From a virus (Duplodnaviria > Caudoviricetes), in the IMG/VR virus record IMGVR_UViG_3300029817_000010, positions 1 to 24,448 of that record: 24,448 nt of DNA, one strand, 5' to 3'. Position 1 is the stretch's first letter. Every line of letters begins with the position of its first letter. A model generated the notes under the pieces. It was given only the letters and a program-made list of their open reading frames with translations. It was not told the origin of the DNA and ran no database searches. The translations under genes and the position numbers were made by a program. Positions 9,006 through 16,550 of this stretch are shown in pieces.

Positions 9006-9265
9006 TGATCTGCCGTAAATTCAAACTCGGTGATGTAGTTAAATTGAAGTGGTCCGATTCGTTTCGAGATGGAAAAGTGTGGGAGCCTTGGCAAGAACGA
9101 TCTGAAGCACAAGCATTTTGTTTTTCTATTGGGTGGATTACTTCTATTGGGAAACACAATGTCGTAATCAGCGGCCACATGTTTGAAACAGAGGGGACAA
9201 AATATTGTGGGGGAAGTTTGTCGATTCCGATGTCGTCTATTGTCTCTATGAGAAAGATTGCCTAG
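9005..9265 (+). CDS. Small beta-barrel-like hypothetical phage protein
   Basis: 86 aa, TAATG coupling; V.L.W.DS...W...C.SIGW...IP...I..MRKI pattern seen in small phage proteins. Confidence 0.7.
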   Translation: MICRKFKLGDVVKLKWSDSFRDGKVWEPWQERSEAQAFCFSIGWITSIGKHNVVISGHMFETEGTKYCGGSLSIPMSSIVSMRKIA

Positions 9266-9317
9266 AATCCGTCAGTTGTCCCTTTTTCCCCGGCTGAGTC
9301 CGGGCTAAGGAGTTATC

Positions 9318-10412
9318 ATGCCAGAGCCAGTAATCCCCACACCTAAACCCGAACGAAAATCCGCAACGGATGTACAAGCACCCGCACCGAAACCCACGGA
9401 TCGTGCTACAAAGGCGAAGATTGCCGCCGGAATCTCGGATGAGAAATTCGCCAAAGCAATGGCTGGTACTCCCGCGACAACGGAAGAGGGACAGCCGCTA
9501 ACCAAGAAGCACACGGTAGTGCGGATGGTTGCAAAGTCTACGCCGGAACCGGCAGTTTCACCGTCTGCTGAAAAGCCCGCATCCGATGAAAAGAAACCGA
9601 AAGAAGAGAAAGTTCCCGCTCAGGAACAAAAGACTGAAACGAAACCGGCTAAGGCAGAAGAAAAGCCCGCTCAGGAACAAAAGCCTATAGCAGAAGAGAC
9701 TACTACTCTCCCCGCCGAAGTCCGTAGAAGCCTTCAGAATTACGGCTACACAGATGCACAGATTGATGAGAAACTAAAAACTGGAAGTAAAGACTTCCTA
9801 AATATTGCGGAGATGGCTCATAATATCCGCAAGAAGGAAGTGGAAGCGTATGCTCGGCTTGGTCAGCAAGTGCAACAGCAAAAACCAGCCGCACAGCAAA
9901 CACCTGTGACTGCTCCCGCTGCGACGGATGAAGTAACTGAAGCAGATATTCAGGAATTTCTAAAACTGAATCCGAATAATCCTTCTGCACTTTTTATTGC
10001 CAAACAGGCACGATCCGATATTGCTTTCCGGCAACAGCAACGGGAAGCTACACGGGCCGCACAGAATGCCGCGACTCAGACGCAAATCAATTCCTTCTTT
10101 GCACAGGAAGGAATGAAGGCGTACACAGAGCATTATGCGAAGCCGGAAGTGAAGCAGAAGTTGTTAGAAACTGCCGCAGCGGTAGAAGCTGGTCTAGCCG
10201 CACAGGGGCGGCAAGTCACCGTCACAGAGGCGTTGACGATGGCCCATGATGCGTTAGCCGCCCCGATTGTGAAAGCTGCGGCTCGGCAGGAAATCACAGA
10301 TGAAGCGAAGGCACGGGATGCTGCACTCACACAGAGAAATGTGGGGGGCGGGAATCCTGCACCGGAAACTTCACCGAGAAAGAGTAAGCATTTTGTGACG
10401 AGAATTGCATAG
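9318..10412 (+). CDS. Putative capsid scaffolding protein
   Basis: TAAGGAG RBS; P/E/K/A-rich disordered N-terminus with a duplicated PAQEQK (CCCGCTCAGGAACAAAAG at 9615 and 9666), then Q/A-rich coiled coil; located before the capsid gene. Confidence 0.75.
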   Translation: MPEPVIPTPKPERKSATDVQAPAPKPTDRATKAKIAAGISDEKFAKAMAGTPATTEEGQPLTKKHTVVRMVAKSTPEPAVSPSAEKPASDEKKPKEEKVPAQEQKTETKPAKAEEKPAQEQKPIAEETTTLPAEVRRSLQNYGYTDAQIDEKLKTGSKDFLNIAEMAHNIRKKEVEAYARLGQQVQQQKPAAQQTPVTAPAATDEVTEADIQEFLKLNPNNPSALFIAKQARSDIAFRQQQREATRAAQNAATQTQINSFFAQEGMKAYTEHYAKPEVKQKLLETAAAVEAGLAAQGRQVTVTEALTMAHDALAAPIVKAAARQEITDEAKARDAALTQRNVGGGNPAPETSPRKSKHFVTRIA

Positions 10413-10664
10413 TCCAATAAAGTCCTGCTGAATTGGCGGCAGGCTTTTAGTAGACCCCGTTCTCTTGCGGAGCAACCGCGACAAGACGGGCTTTGTAAAA
10501 TCTGCGGAAAATTTTGTGCAATTCTTTGTGGCGATCACGATCACGAAATCGACGAGACACGCGATCTTCTGTGTAAAGAATGTAATGCTGCCTTGGGCCT
10601 CTTCCGTGATAGTCCATTTATCTTAACTACCGCTCTATACTACCTAATTCGACATTCCCATTAA
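10413..10664 (+). pseudogene. Endonuclease VII-like (EndoVII homing endonuclease) remnant with no canonical start
   Basis: Translation from 10482 is QDGLCKICGKFCAILCGDHDHEIDETRDLLCKECNAALGLFRDSPFILTTALYYLIRHSH*, matching Q.G.C.IC..DHDH...R.LLC..CN..LG.F.D. In frame behind the scaffold TAG; no ATG, GTG or TTG lies between that TAG and the domain. Confidence 0.8.
10419..10448 (+). terminator. Intrinsic terminator-like hairpin after scaffold
   Basis: AAAG-t-CCTGCTG / loop AATTGG / CGGCAGG-CTTTT; the U tract is short. Confidence 0.45.
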
Positions 10665-10720
10665 GCTGCCTAATATTCAACAGATACCCGAACCGGGCAG
10701 TTGTTGAATAGAAAGGTAGC
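10665..10720 (+). promoter_or_regulatory. Long stem-loop covering the capsid gene ribosome-binding region
   Basis: Nested inverted repeats GCTGCCT/AGGTAGC, TATTCAACA/TGTTGAATA and CCCG/CGGG; the 3' arm contains GAAAGGT. Confidence 0.65.
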
Positions 10721-10729
10721 GGTAATAAT

Positions 10730-11851
10730 ACGGCCGACATATCTGCCCTGACTGATCTCGTTCAGGATACGCTCAATGACTTACCCTGGGATGGAAGCTG
10801 GGAGTTGATGTTAAACCAGCCAAAATATCCCCTCTGTGCCGTTCTCAACGACGACCACATTAAATCTGAAGGCGGGAAGTCCATTCAGAAGATGGCGGTC
10901 CTGAATTATAACTTCAATCAGGCCCAAAACCGTGTCCTCTATCAAACCGACGTTCCGGCTGCTCCGCAGGCGATGAACACCATCATTGTGCCTTGGGCCT
11001 TCTCCGGTGTCAACTGGTCTTACGATGTTGCTGAATTGGAGATGAACTCCGGTTCTAAGTCCGGCTTCATCGACCTCATCGACCAGAAGCGTACCGATTC
11101 CATGATCCAGCTTGCCGAGTTGTATGAGGCGAACGGCTGGATTACGCCCGTGAATGCGGGCGATACCAAGACTCCGCTCGGCATTCCATATTTCCTCCCC
11201 TTTGCCAATGGCGGATTCACCGGATCGGGTTTCGCCGGTCAGACTATCCGCTATCAGGACGGCTCTACTGGCACTCTCTGTGCCGGTATTGATGCTGCCA
11301 TTCAACCGAAGTGGCAGAGCATGGTAGGTACTTATACCAAAGTCGATAACTCTCTTGTGCGATTGATTCGCCATATTACCCGGCTCACCGATTTTACCTT
11401 TCCCAAGATGGTTAAGAATCCCGGTGAGGATTATTCTCGCATCGACAGTGAGATGGGTTTGTATGCTTCCGCCGTCACGGTTGATGAGTTGGAAGATTAC
11501 TGCTACAAGAGTGGCGACTATACTGGTCCTGAAAAAGATTTTTCGGGCCGCATCGGTTTCACTAATGAAGGTGTCTCGCTTAGCGGTGTGCCGCTCAGAT
11601 ACGCTCCGACTTTGGATACCGAAGCAGTTACTTCTTCTATCACTGGCGGGAGCGTAAATCCCGCGTCGATTTACATGGTGCGTTGGGGTGCGATTCAACC
11701 AACCGTGTTAAATTCGATGTGGAACGTAGAAAAGGTAGCTGCGGTTACTGCTCAACAGCACACAGTTGTTTCGTGCTTCATTGATAGCACCTACAACTTG
11801 GTGATTCGGAATCGCCGGTCGGCAGGGTGGCACATACACTTACCAATTTAG
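10730..11851 (+). CDS. Major capsid protein (HK97 fold inferred), probable ACG start
   Basis: Track ORF 10805..11851 extends stop-free to 10712. (M)ADISALTDLVQDTLNDL resembles capsid N-termini; EGGKSI, VPW, YDVAELEMNSG...FIDLI, PLGIPY, GVPLRYAPTLD and IYMV fit capsid families; synteny agrees. Start position is uncertain. Confidence 0.85.
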   Translation, partial: TADISALTDLVQDTLNDLPWDGSWELMLNQPKYPLCAVLNDDHIKSEGGKSIQKMAVLNYNFNQAQNRVLYQTDVPAAPQAMNTIIVPWAFSGVNWSYDVAELEMNSGSKSGFIDLIDQKRTDSMIQLAELYEANGWITPVNAGDTKTPLGIPYFLPFANGGFTGSGFAGQTIRYQDGSTGTLCAGIDAAIQPKWQSMVGTYTKVDNSLVRLIRHITRLTDFTFPKMVKNPGEDYSRIDSEMGLYASAVTVDELEDYCYKSGDYTGPEKDFSGRIGFTNEGVSLSGVPLRYAPTLDTEAVTSSITGGSVNPASIYMVRWGAIQPTVLNSMWNVEKVAAVTAQQHTVVSCFIDSTYNLVIRNRRSAGWHIHLPI

Positions 11852-11877
11852 GCTGGCACATTTATTTTAGGAATAGT

Positions 11878-11925
11878 TGAAGAGGATAGAAGTCGGTTGT
11901 TTAAGTTAGCTGATTATCTTCCTCA
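11878..11925 (+). promoter_or_regulatory. Stem-loop between capsid gene and next gene
   Basis: TGA/TCA, GAGGATA/TATCTTC and AGTCGGTTG/TAGCTGATT pair with several G-U wobbles. Confidence 0.5.
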
Positions 11926-11948
11926 TTGACAGAAAGTAGGGTACTTAT

Positions 11949-12914
11949 ATTCGCACTGGCATTGTCACCGTTCAGCAATATTCATCGACTCAGAGTGTTC
12001 AGCAGAAATCCCCCCTTCTGTGGGCACCTTCTGCCGGTCGGGATATTACCGATCTTGATCTTGGCTATTATGTCGATGAGAATTTCGATCATGCGTTGTG
12101 GCCTTCTGCTCTTACGTCAGTGGATGCGGGGTCTACCGCTACTTCCGGTGTCTATTATGACACCACGGCCAACCTCAGTACCTCCACTCTTCCGACCGGC
12201 AATGACCATGTGATTATCATGGCCCCCGGTTCTACGGCTACTCTTGCCGGTAGAGCCGCGATCTTTACTCGTCCGATGGGGCCGGTTAAGCCGGGCGGAA
12301 GTTACGTTATCTTTGAGGCGTCGGTTGCCACTGTGAACGCCGGTGCGGTTCAAGCCGCGTTTATCGGCCTCACCACTTCTACCGGCCTTTCCACTGGTAA
12401 CATTCTCAAGACTGTTTCCGGTACTGCCAATAGCAATCAGCTTTTACCGTCCACGGGTGCGATTGGTTTCTGGCTGCACGGCGACACTCCGAATAACTTT
12501 GATGCGATCTATCAGGGTGTTGCGTCGAACGGTGCGTATAGCACGATCACCCCGCCCAATTCTACAGCTTACGCCAGCACGGTTAACTGTGTTGTTTCTA
12601 CTGTGCTTACCAATAGCACGGCTTATGGCGGGAATCCCGGCAACGTGTATCAGTCGCCCGCTTCTGCCCCCGGTGTATTGAATAGCACGACTTGCGTAAA
12701 GTTGGGTCTGTTGTACAATGTGCCTTACAATCAGGTCATTTTCGCTGTGAATGGGGCACAAGTTGGTTCCGTCACAGTGACGCCGACTTTGTTTGATACT
12801 CTCAACAGCTACGGAGCGATTATCGTTACTGGCGGGGTCATGGGAGCTACTTTGTCTACCGGACTCAAAGTTGATTTCCTGTCCGCCGCTGTGACACAGC
12901 GTACCGCTCCTTAA
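11949..12914 (+). CDS. Capsid accessory/decoration-like Ser/Thr-rich protein, probable ATT start
   Basis: Track ORF 12096..12914 extends stop-free to 11940 (IRTGIVTVQQYSSTQSVQQKSPLLWAPSAGRDITDLDLGYYVDENFDHAL). Beta-sandwich/lectin-like strands VIFEASV, AFIGL, IGFW, VKLGLLY and VIFAVNG. Follows the capsid gene. Confidence 0.7.
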   Translation: MRTGIVTVQQYSSTQSVQQKSPLLWAPSAGRDITDLDLGYYVDENFDHALWPSALTSVDAGSTATSGVYYDTTANLSTSTLPTGNDHVIIMAPGSTATLAGRAAIFTRPMGPVKPGGSYVIFEASVATVNAGAVQAAFIGLTTSTGLSTGNILKTVSGTANSNQLLPSTGAIGFWLHGDTPNNFDAIYQGVASNGAYSTITPPNSTAYASTVNCVVSTVLTNSTAYGGNPGNVYQSPASAPGVLNSTTCVKLGLLYNVPYNQVIFAVNGAQVGSVTVTPTLFDTLNSYGAIIVTGGVMGATLSTGLKVDFLSAAVTQRTAP

Positions 12915-12941
12915 TGGTGGCGTTTTGTTTCTCCCCGGTTC

Positions 12942-12982
12942 CGGCGTATCGGCATCCCTCCATGGCCGGTACGCCGTTTTTG
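12942..12982 (+). terminator. Intrinsic terminator
   Basis: 12-bp stem CGGCGTATCGGC / GCCGGTACGCCG followed by TTTTTG. Confidence 0.8.
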
Positions 12983-13010
12983 TTGACTTATGCTATTTAT
13001 AGCGTATAAT
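12983..13010 (+). promoter_or_regulatory. sigma70-type promoter with palindromic spacer
   Basis: TTGACT (12983-12988), 16 bp, TATAAT (13005-13010); imperfect inverted repeat TATGCTAT..ATAGCGTA in the spacer; AGGAG RBS at 13020. Confidence 0.75.
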
Positions 13011-13030
13011 GGGTAGAACAGGAGAAACAA

Positions 13031-13753
13031 GTGTCTAATAATTTATATCTTGATTTGATGAAGCGGTGTCTTGTCAACGAGATTTATTCCGAAACAGAAC
13101 CTCACATTTCTGCTGGAAATAGGATAGAGGGAAATGGACCTAGACCCCCAATTGCTCATACGATGATTGGACTGAAACGGTTGGATAATATCCAGTTTTG
13201 TGCAGAAACGGTCATACGAGAAGGAATCCACGGTAATTTTTTAGAAGCCGGTGTTTGGCGGGGTGGAGCGTGCATTTTTATGCAGGCAATTCTGAAAGCC
13301 TACAAGGAGGATTTTCGCACAGTTTGGGTTGCAGATTCCTTTTGTGGACTACCTAAGCCCGATGTAGATAAATATCCATTCGATAACGGATACAACTTCT
13401 ACTTGGAGAATAACTTAAAGATTTCACTAGAACAGGTGAAATCTAATTTTGATAAGTACGGACTGCTGTGCGAGAATGTGAAATTTCTAAAAGGATGGTT
13501 CAAAGACACATTCCCAACTGTTCCGATTAGGAATTTAGCGTTGTTGCGACTTGATGGGGATTTGTACGAATCTACAATGGATACACTTGTGAATCTCTAT
13601 CCAAAAGTATCCGGTGGAGGATTTGTAATTATTGATGACTATAACAATATTGAACCGTGTAAACGGGCGGTTGATGACTACCGGCGAAAAGAGAACATAA
13701 CGATACCCATAAGTGAAGTAGATTTTACAGGAGTATATTGGAGGAAAATCTGA
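13031..13753 (+). CDS. tylF: TylF/MycF/NovP family sugar O-methyltransferase (macrocin O-methyltransferase-like)
   Basis: AHTMIGLKRLDNI, GNFLEAGVWRGG, VADSFCGLP, KGWFKDT, LRLDGDLYEST and GGFVIIDDY motifs. Confidence 0.93.
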   Translation: MSNNLYLDLMKRCLVNEIYSETEPHISAGNRIEGNGPRPPIAHTMIGLKRLDNIQFCAETVIREGIHGNFLEAGVWRGGACIFMQAILKAYKEDFRTVWVADSFCGLPKPDVDKYPFDNGYNFYLENNLKISLEQVKSNFDKYGLLCENVKFLKGWFKDTFPTVPIRNLALLRLDGDLYESTMDTLVNLYPKVSGGGFVIIDDYNNIEPCKRAVDDYRRKENITIPISEVDFTGVYWRKI

Positions 13754-14694
13754 TGCAACAAGTATTTGCCTGGAATCAGCTTTCTTTGGAACACCATGAC
13801 CTTCCGGGGGCTACTGCTCTTCTTCAACTTGCCGAAATTCCCGATACCGTGTCTCCGATCCACGATCCAGCCAGAGTGGTGGATCGTTTGATATTATATT
13901 TTGATGACTTGGCAAAGTCTGATAATCCCGCAAAACAGGCTTGGGATTTCATAGATCGAAACAAGGATGTTCCACATTTGTGCATTCAGTGTATTCAAGG
14001 CGTAGAACGAAGTCATGCTACAGTAGCGGCAATTTTTAAGGATAGAGGCATAGATAATTCGCCTATTCTATTGCACGGATCGTATACTCGTAAATGGTAT
14101 CAAGAATTATTGCGGGAAAGGCATATTCCTTTAGAAAGAGAGCCGTTAGTTTCGATTATTGTGTCTACTTATAATAATTTAGATAGATTGAAATTCACTC
14201 ACTTGTCGATGAAATTTCAGCGATACGATAACTGGGAATTAGTAATCGTTACGGATGGACCGCATCCCGCAGCCCGAAAATGGATTGAAGAAGAAAAACC
14301 GGAAAAAGTTGTGCTCGTGGAGACGCCGGAAACAAAAAGTCATTGGGGAAGTTGTTGGCGACAATGGGGTATAAATGCGGCGAAAGGTGAATTTATAAAT
14401 TTTGCCCTAGATGATAATTATCTAACACCGGGCTTTATAGAACAAATGGTGGGGATAATTCAGCATTTTAAGGCCGATGCGGCGGTATGTGATTGTGCCC
14501 ATCATTACGCTGGATTTGGAGTTTGGCCGCATTGTAAAGCGTGGCCCGCATATATGATCCGATCAGAACTTGTAAGAGAGATCGGTTGGACCGAAAGCTC
14601 CATCTACGCAGAAGGACATTTTTTGGACGCGGTTCATTTAGCATCTAAGCATGGAGTAGTCCATGTGCCAAGAGCATTAGTTGTGCATTGTTGA
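13753..14694 (+). CDS. Family 2 glycosyltransferase with N-terminal CX5R phosphatase-like domain
   Basis: TGATG coupling and GGAGG RBS. N-terminal LYFDD...LCIQCIQGVERS..TVAA. C-terminal PLVSIIVSTYN, QRYDNWELVIVTDG and GINAAKGEFINFALDDNY (GT2). Confidence 0.85.
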   Translation: MQQVFAWNQLSLEHHDLPGATALLQLAEIPDTVSPIHDPARVVDRLILYFDDLAKSDNPAKQAWDFIDRNKDVPHLCIQCIQGVERSHATVAAIFKDRGIDNSPILLHGSYTRKWYQELLRERHIPLEREPLVSIIVSTYNNLDRLKFTHLSMKFQRYDNWELVIVTDGPHPAARKWIEEEKPEKVVLVETPETKSHWGSCWRQWGINAAKGEFINFALDDNYLTPGFIEQMVGIIQHFKADAAVCDCAHHYAGFGVWPHCKAWPAYMIRSELVREIGWTESSIYAEGHFLDAVHLASKHGVVHVPRALVVHC

Positions 14695-14701
14695 GTAGAA
14701 T

Positions 14702-15946
14702 ATGAGTGTGACCTTTCCCACTGGCGAGCCGACATCGGCTCAAAACTTTAATACGCTACTCACTAACGTAGCGTATAAGTTGGGTATTGCTTACTATAGC
14801 TCAACTGGAACAGGGATACCACAGCCCCCACAAGATGCATACAATTCCACCCTTTGTGCCACAATCATCAATGATGCAATCCGAATGTTGATTGATGATG
14901 GCCCCCGGCCTACAGGATGGTATTGGCAGCAACAGATCGCACAAGTTGATTTGTGGCCAGAAATTGGCCCCGATCCTACCGGGTCTACCTACATCTCCTC
15001 AACTGGATCGACTACCGATCCTGTGACTGGATCAACCATTTTCACCTTCGTACTCACTACGCCACCTACTATCTCCCCAAGTGCCAGCACACAATATCCA
15101 CTATTGACGGTTCCCAACTTTGTGCAGACAATGGAGTTGCGGAATATTTGGCTGAATGGTCAACCGTCTACTGGTACGCCAGGGTGGTTTGTTCCCTCAG
15201 CAAGCCCTCTGGCGTCCACTTCAACTGTGGGACTCCCTTTCACTGTGTATTCATTCCTTGATCCGTATCACATTACGGCTATGGGGAATTGGTCTAGCAC
15301 ATTGAATAGCACCAATAACCAGATTCCGTTTTCAATGGCCGCGACTGGTGACTATACGATGCCTGCTAACTTCGGCGGCACATATTGCTCGGAAATCACA
15401 TGGATTGCTAATACGAATCGCGGTATTTTTATTGATTGGGTGGATGAAGCGGCGATCCGGCAACAGAGACAATTGTACGCACAGCAGTTTGGAATTCCCC
15501 AATGGGCGGCTGTCCGGCAAATTCCGCTCCCCACTGTGCAAATTCAAGCCTTTAATCCTCCACGTCCCCGATGGGAGCTGATGACGTTCAGGATCACGGC
15601 GGAATTTCTATCTGTGAATTTTGCCTATTTTCTCAGTTTTAATAATCTTGTGAACGGGACAGATGAGCCGCCCATTCCTCTGTCATTCGATAACACCCTC
15701 ATGGCTGCGATACGGGCACAGGCAGAGCGTTATCAGATGGACTCGATCAGTGGACCGGAATTTCAGTTCTATCGCACCATAGCTCTTCCTAATGCCCTTA
15801 AACTCAACGACATGATGGCCCCTAAGAAATTGGGGTATGTGGGTAATCCTTCCCGAAGAATTGGACCAGCGAATTTAGCGGAATGGCGTAGTCACGGGTA
15901 TTTACGTCCCAATGTTTCGCCGCCGACAGAACCTTATTTACTATGA
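14702..15946 (+). CDS. Putative head-tail adaptor with S/T-rich insertion
   Basis: NF..LL..VA.KLG...IINDA...W.W N-terminus, DY.MPANF, G.PQ.AAV and D.PPIP..F...L...IRA resemble podovirus adaptor proteins; position agrees. Confidence 0.6.
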   Translation: MSVTFPTGEPTSAQNFNTLLTNVAYKLGIAYYSSTGTGIPQPPQDAYNSTLCATIINDAIRMLIDDGPRPTGWYWQQQIAQVDLWPEIGPDPTGSTYISSTGSTTDPVTGSTIFTFVLTTPPTISPSASTQYPLLTVPNFVQTMELRNIWLNGQPSTGTPGWFVPSASPLASTSTVGLPFTVYSFLDPYHITAMGNWSSTLNSTNNQIPFSMAATGDYTMPANFGGTYCSEITWIANTNRGIFIDWVDEAAIRQQRQLYAQQFGIPQWAAVRQIPLPTVQIQAFNPPRPRWELMTFRITAEFLSVNFAYFLSFNNLVNGTDEPPIPLSFDNTLMAAIRAQAERYQMDSISGPEFQFYRTIALPNALKLNDMMAPKKLGYVGNPSRRIGPANLAEWRSHGYLRPNVSPPTEPYLL

Positions 15947-15985
15947 GCATTTAACAGCCTAAAATTCACTACAGGAGTATTTGTT

Positions 15986-16549
15986 ATGCCCGATCTAAAT
16001 CCTCTTAATTATCTTCGCGAGATCAAGCAAGTTATCACCGGCACCAATCAAGGTACTAATTGTGATGGTGGGTATTTGCGGGATATTGATGTTTCTCCCA
16101 CCTTCAATACTCCGCTTCTCGTCTCAACCGGCGTGTCTACCTTCGGTCCCTTTCAAGTCCCGCGGGCCTACGATCAGACTACCGACAACTTGCAATTGAG
16201 GTTCTTGGGATCGACGGCGGGTACAGGTTCGAGTACCATTACGGTTTATGGCTTGCTTACCATCTACTCTACAGGGGCCGCAGCGGGTGTCGCATCTGCT
16301 GTTGCTTCTGCTGCGTCAGTTGTTAATAATGGAATATTCAGTAACATCGGTTGGCAGATTACGGGAGCGAATCTTCAGTATCCCGATGCCTTTACCATTA
16401 CCCTGTCTACTGCTGGCGGTAATTATCAAGTATACAGTGCCGCTTTGGTGATTAGTGATTGCACCGTCGCATTCAGCGATTACACTAATTCTCAGAATGT
16501 CGTGACGGAATTCGTCGGCGGCTCGACACAACAGCTTCGGACGGTTTAA
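15986..16549 (+). CDS. Putative virion structural protein
   Basis: 187 aa, AGGAG RBS, S/T/G/A-rich beta composition. Confidence 0.7.
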   Translation: MPDLNPLNYLREIKQVITGTNQGTNCDGGYLRDIDVSPTFNTPLLVSTGVSTFGPFQVPRAYDQTTDNLQLRFLGSTAGTGSSTITVYGLLTIYSTGAAAGVASAVASAASVVNNGIFSNIGWQITGANLQYPDAFTITLSTAGGNYQVYSAALVISDCTVAFSDYTNSQNVVTEFVGGSTQQLRTV

Positions 16550-16550
16550 T

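Noticed and set aside
10400-10730. Group I intron carrying the EndoVII remnant (ATAGTCCA at 10409 and 10609 resembles the S element)
   Set aside because: No matching R element (GACTA) or P3/P4/P7 core could be assembled by eye. A covariance-model search would be decisive.
10811-11698. 295-aa minus-strand ORF and other minus-strand ORFs
   Set aside because: These are antisense shadows of well-supported plus-strand genes with no recognisable motifs.
10410-11939. TAG reassignment (genetic code 15), suggested by in-frame TAGs at 10410, 10709 and 11937 just before unexplained coding sequence
   Set aside because: Long genes have no internal TAG, several genes end sensibly at TAG, and reading through 10709 or 11937 does not reach a convincing nearby start.
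11840-11950. Frameshift or read-through fusion of capsid and accessory protein
   Set aside because: The accessory gene frame has TAG stops at 11868, 11907 and 11937 in the intergenic region.
11926-12213. 95-aa plus-strand track ORF starting at TTG
   Set aside because: It overlaps the accessory gene out of frame, and its R/L/P-rich composition is typical of an off-frame reading.
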